DNA of 64,000 bases from Candidatus Bathyarchaeota archaeon (GTDB lineage: Archaea; Thermoproteota; Bathyarchaeia; Bathyarchaeales; Bathycorpusculaceae). The first letter of the stretch is position 1; every line of letters starts with the position of its first letter. The translations under genes and the position numbers were made by a program. The DNA lies in contig CAVYES010000006.1 in NCBI GenBank assembly GCA_963767735.1, forward strand, positions 96,001 through 160,000, in the 5' to 3' direction. Shown piece by piece: positions 61,674 through 64,000 of this stretch. The notes beneath the pieces are model-generated. The model was not told the origin of the DNA. It made no database searches and saw only the letters and a program-made list of their open reading frames with translations.

Positions 61674-63512
61674 TTAGTGAGCTTTTTCACGTAGTCTTAG
61701 AAGTATTCCGTTTATTGTTGATTCCGCTTTGTCTTTGCGTTTCTGGTTGTCTGCAATGTTTTTCTTGTAATTTTCTATTGAAATTTCGCCTTTACTTTGT
61801 TGAGATTCAAGGTTTTTGATGTTATTCTCAGCTTCAGTTAAGTCTTCTTCCGCAGAATCAAGTTGCTTCATTAAATCTGCGTAAGCGCTGCTTGAGTTTC
61901 TGAAGGCATCTTTTAATCTGTTTGCATTTCTTGTAAGAGTTTCTAAACGGATTTCTATGGCTCTGCGTTGAACTTTGTATTGGCGTCTGGGAATCTTTCC
62001 TTTCTGCGCTCTTGAATCCAACGATCTTATTTCCGTATTTAACCGTTTTTTGTCGTCATAAGCCTCAGTGAATTCTCTTAGAGTTTCCGGAGTAATACGT
62101 TGACTAGTCATAGATTCACCGCTTTTTGCTTGTTCGGGTAGTGTCGCTGTGGTCGTTTTTGGAGTTGATTTTGAAGTTGATACCTTTTCTCTTCGAGTTT
62201 TAATTGTTTCTTTTTCGTTTGGTTTGCGTTTATTGTAGAACACAGCTCCTACACATCCAATGACAGCTACGAGTGAAACCCACAAAGTGGGTAGAAAAGA
62301 AACCCAAACTGGATTGTAATTATACGATAATTGCACGGTATTTCCTTCTGGAAGACTGTAATCAACGAAGCTTATTCCATCTCTCGTTATCGTAAGGGTG
62401 TCTTGGAACGTATTTCTCGTTAAAGAGCTGGATGAATCGAGGGATGATAGCTGTGGGGTGGTGATTGATGCTCCTTCAGGCGGGTTAAACGTGAAGGTTG
62501 CATGGTCAACGTAATAGTTGAAATCTGGGAAAAGTTCAAAGTTGTTGAGGGTGTATTTGGAGCCTTGGATGGTTGCGCTTGGTAAATTGTAGCTAGCTGT
62601 AAGAATGGTGGATTCCCCCTTTGTTATTGGTGTTGTCAAAGTGGCATTGGCCTGCAAAATGCCCGTAGTAATGGGGGTGAAGCTGGTTGTTAATGATGCA
62701 CCAGTTTCATCTTTTACTACAATGTCTGCGGCATTCTTCGGTAAATCTAAAATAAAAGCCGTCATAGCTAACGTTGAGTTGCTTACGATGGTGTAACTGT
62801 CAGAAGCGGTTACTTTACCCGCTGGGTCAATTGTTATTTGACGGTTTAGCTGGCTTATATCGCTTTGCTGTATTGACCCATTGTATATTTCAATTGAGGC
62901 CTCCGCAGGAGAATAAGTGTATGCAGGCAAGTTTTGCGCGACATAGTTATAAGTGTCAACTGTTCCGTCGTTTTTAATAATGGTTATACCTTGCGGCGTG
63001 CTTGGAAGACTTAATGTAACGTTGCAGGTAGCGGCATTTTGTGTGAGGCTTGGGTAAGCTGGAAAGTTAAGCGTGTAAGCGTTGGCATCTACTAGGGTAA
63101 GAAGATTGCTGGATAGAACAAATGCCACCGTGAAAACGCTGGGGGATTGACCATTAAAATTGACTTCGACACCGTAAAATCCGGGTTGGTTACCTAATTG
63201 GACCCCTAAGGTCACTTGGAAAACGTTGGTTGAGTCGTAAGCTACGGCTTTGAGGACGTCCGTGCTGAATACATAGGGCATCCCAATCGTAAAGCCATTC
63301 GTTATTTGCCCAGAAACATGAACTGTATCTTGAATTACAGTTTGTCCAGAATACAACACGGTGACCTGATGATCAACCTGGGTGATGCTGTACCCAGTAG
63401 TTTGAGCAAAAGCCCCTCCGGAAGGCAAAATAATTGAGAGAGAAACTAGTAGCAAAGAAACCGCAATAATGAATACTGCATAGGTTCGTTTCACTGAATT
63501 CACCAAGTTCAA
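61674..63512 (-). CDS. Large single-pass membrane protein: external beta domains and cytoplasmic coiled coil (ribophorin-I-like architecture)
   Basis: Signal peptide, two beta-rich repeats (V.H.V.V...G / L.R.I.I...G), TM helix, long charged helical tail. Confidence 0.7.
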   Translation of the reverse strand: MNLVNSVKRTYAVFIIAVSLLLVSLSIILPSGGAFAQTTGYSITQVDHQVTVLYSGQTVIQDTVHVSGQITNGFTIGMPYVFSTDVLKAVAYDSTNVFQVTLGVQLGNQPGFYGVEVNFNGQSPSVFTVAFVLSSNLLTLVDANAYTLNFPAYPSLTQNAATCNVTLSLPSTPQGITIIKNDGTVDTYNYVAQNLPAYTYSPAEASIEIYNGSIQQSDISQLNRQITIDPAGKVTASDSYTIVSNSTLAMTAFILDLPKNAADIVVKDETGASLTTSFTPITTGILQANATLTTPITKGESTILTASYNLPSATIQGSKYTLNNFELFPDFNYYVDHATFTFNPPEGASITTPQLSSLDSSSSLTRNTFQDTLTITRDGISFVDYSLPEGNTVQLSYNYNPVWVSFLPTLWVSLVAVIGCVGAVFYNKRKPNEKETIKTRREKVSTSKSTPKTTTATLPEQAKSGESMTSQRITPETLREFTEAYDDKKRLNTEIRSLDSRAQKGKIPRRQYKVQRRAIEIRLETLTRNANRLKDAFRNSSSAYADLMKQLDSAEEDLTEAENNIKNLESQQSKGEISIENYKKNIADNQKRKDKAESTINGILLRLREKAH

Positions 63513-63696
63513 GTTTCGTTAATGTTGTGTTCGCTTATTTATTTACTTTACAGTAAATGGCTCCCAATGTGTAATTTATACTTTTTAACAATTCCCCCCT
63601 TTTTTCCAATTGCAATTTAGTTTTTCAGACCTTTTCGGAAATTTTTTCTGAGCTACTAATCGTATAGAGGCTTTGTTTTGACGCGTGTGAGGAATA

Positions 63697-64000
63697 ATGC
63701 CTTCAGGGAAGCCGCGAGACAGTAATAGATAACGAGGAACTGGGCAAAGCTCTTGAAAAGGCCAATGGCATTGAGGATATATATTTTTGGTTGCGGGCTC
63801 TTGCCGTTCTTTCCTGCTAAGGCTATGTGGGAAACGTCGTGGTGAGATTTCTCGGATTCCTTTGGACAGCTTCAGGGTAGAAAACGACTTGCTTAACGTA
63901 ACATTTGCATTAGAGAAGAAGAAGCGAAAACACAAGAAAGGCCCTGCCTGTAACACCAAAAACTCAAAGGGATCTTTGTTTTGCAAAAAATGCGGATTGG
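63697..64000 (+). pseudogene. Frameshifted tyrosine recombinase/integrase N-terminus, running off the window
   Basis: Three frames join as MPSG / RETVIDNEELGKALEKA...WLRALAVL / LRLCGKRRGEISRI...VE...LNVTF..EKK...CKKCG; resembles box I (G-x-R-x-x-E). Confidence 0.65.

Noticed and set aside
63585-63986. 133-aa minus-strand ORF
   Set aside because: It is antisense to the integrase-like remnant and has no recognisable features.

Overview
This looks like an archaeal chromosome segment; gene content and the style of the secreted proteins suggest Bathyarchaeia, which is an inference. It has five blocks. (1) 1-5026: core genes (bacterial-type class I GAPDH cut by the window edge, DUF2095, nucleotidyltransferase, GT4, two regulators) ending in tRNA-Arg(CCG). 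(2) About 5030-33800: a tRNA-adjacent island. It opens with a virus-like ParB / ABC-ATPase / GNAT / TerS / TerL module that lacks portal and capsid genes; ABC and GNAT are joined by an apparent -1 frameshift at A_AAA_AAA. It continues as a partly decayed array of secreted or membrane-anchored proteins with PEF-type tails, including two duplicated units whose ectodomains differ, orphan C-terminal tails and an IS110 remnant. (3) 33800-39800: GT39/ArnT-like glycosyltransferases (one fused to a PQQ-like propeller) and a B12 radical SAM enzyme. (4) 40000-58830: five KGG stress-hydrophilin genes plus DUF2795, then about 16 kb of oxidative, redox, repair and copper genes (Prx, Nth, FTR/Grx, SOD, rubrerythrin, FprA, OsmC, PDO, CopA, a solo PriS-like polymerase). 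(5) uppP, parvulin, ferredoxin, a large membrane protein and a frameshifted tyrosine-recombinase remnant at the right edge. All family calls come from motif recognition by eye; no database searches were run.
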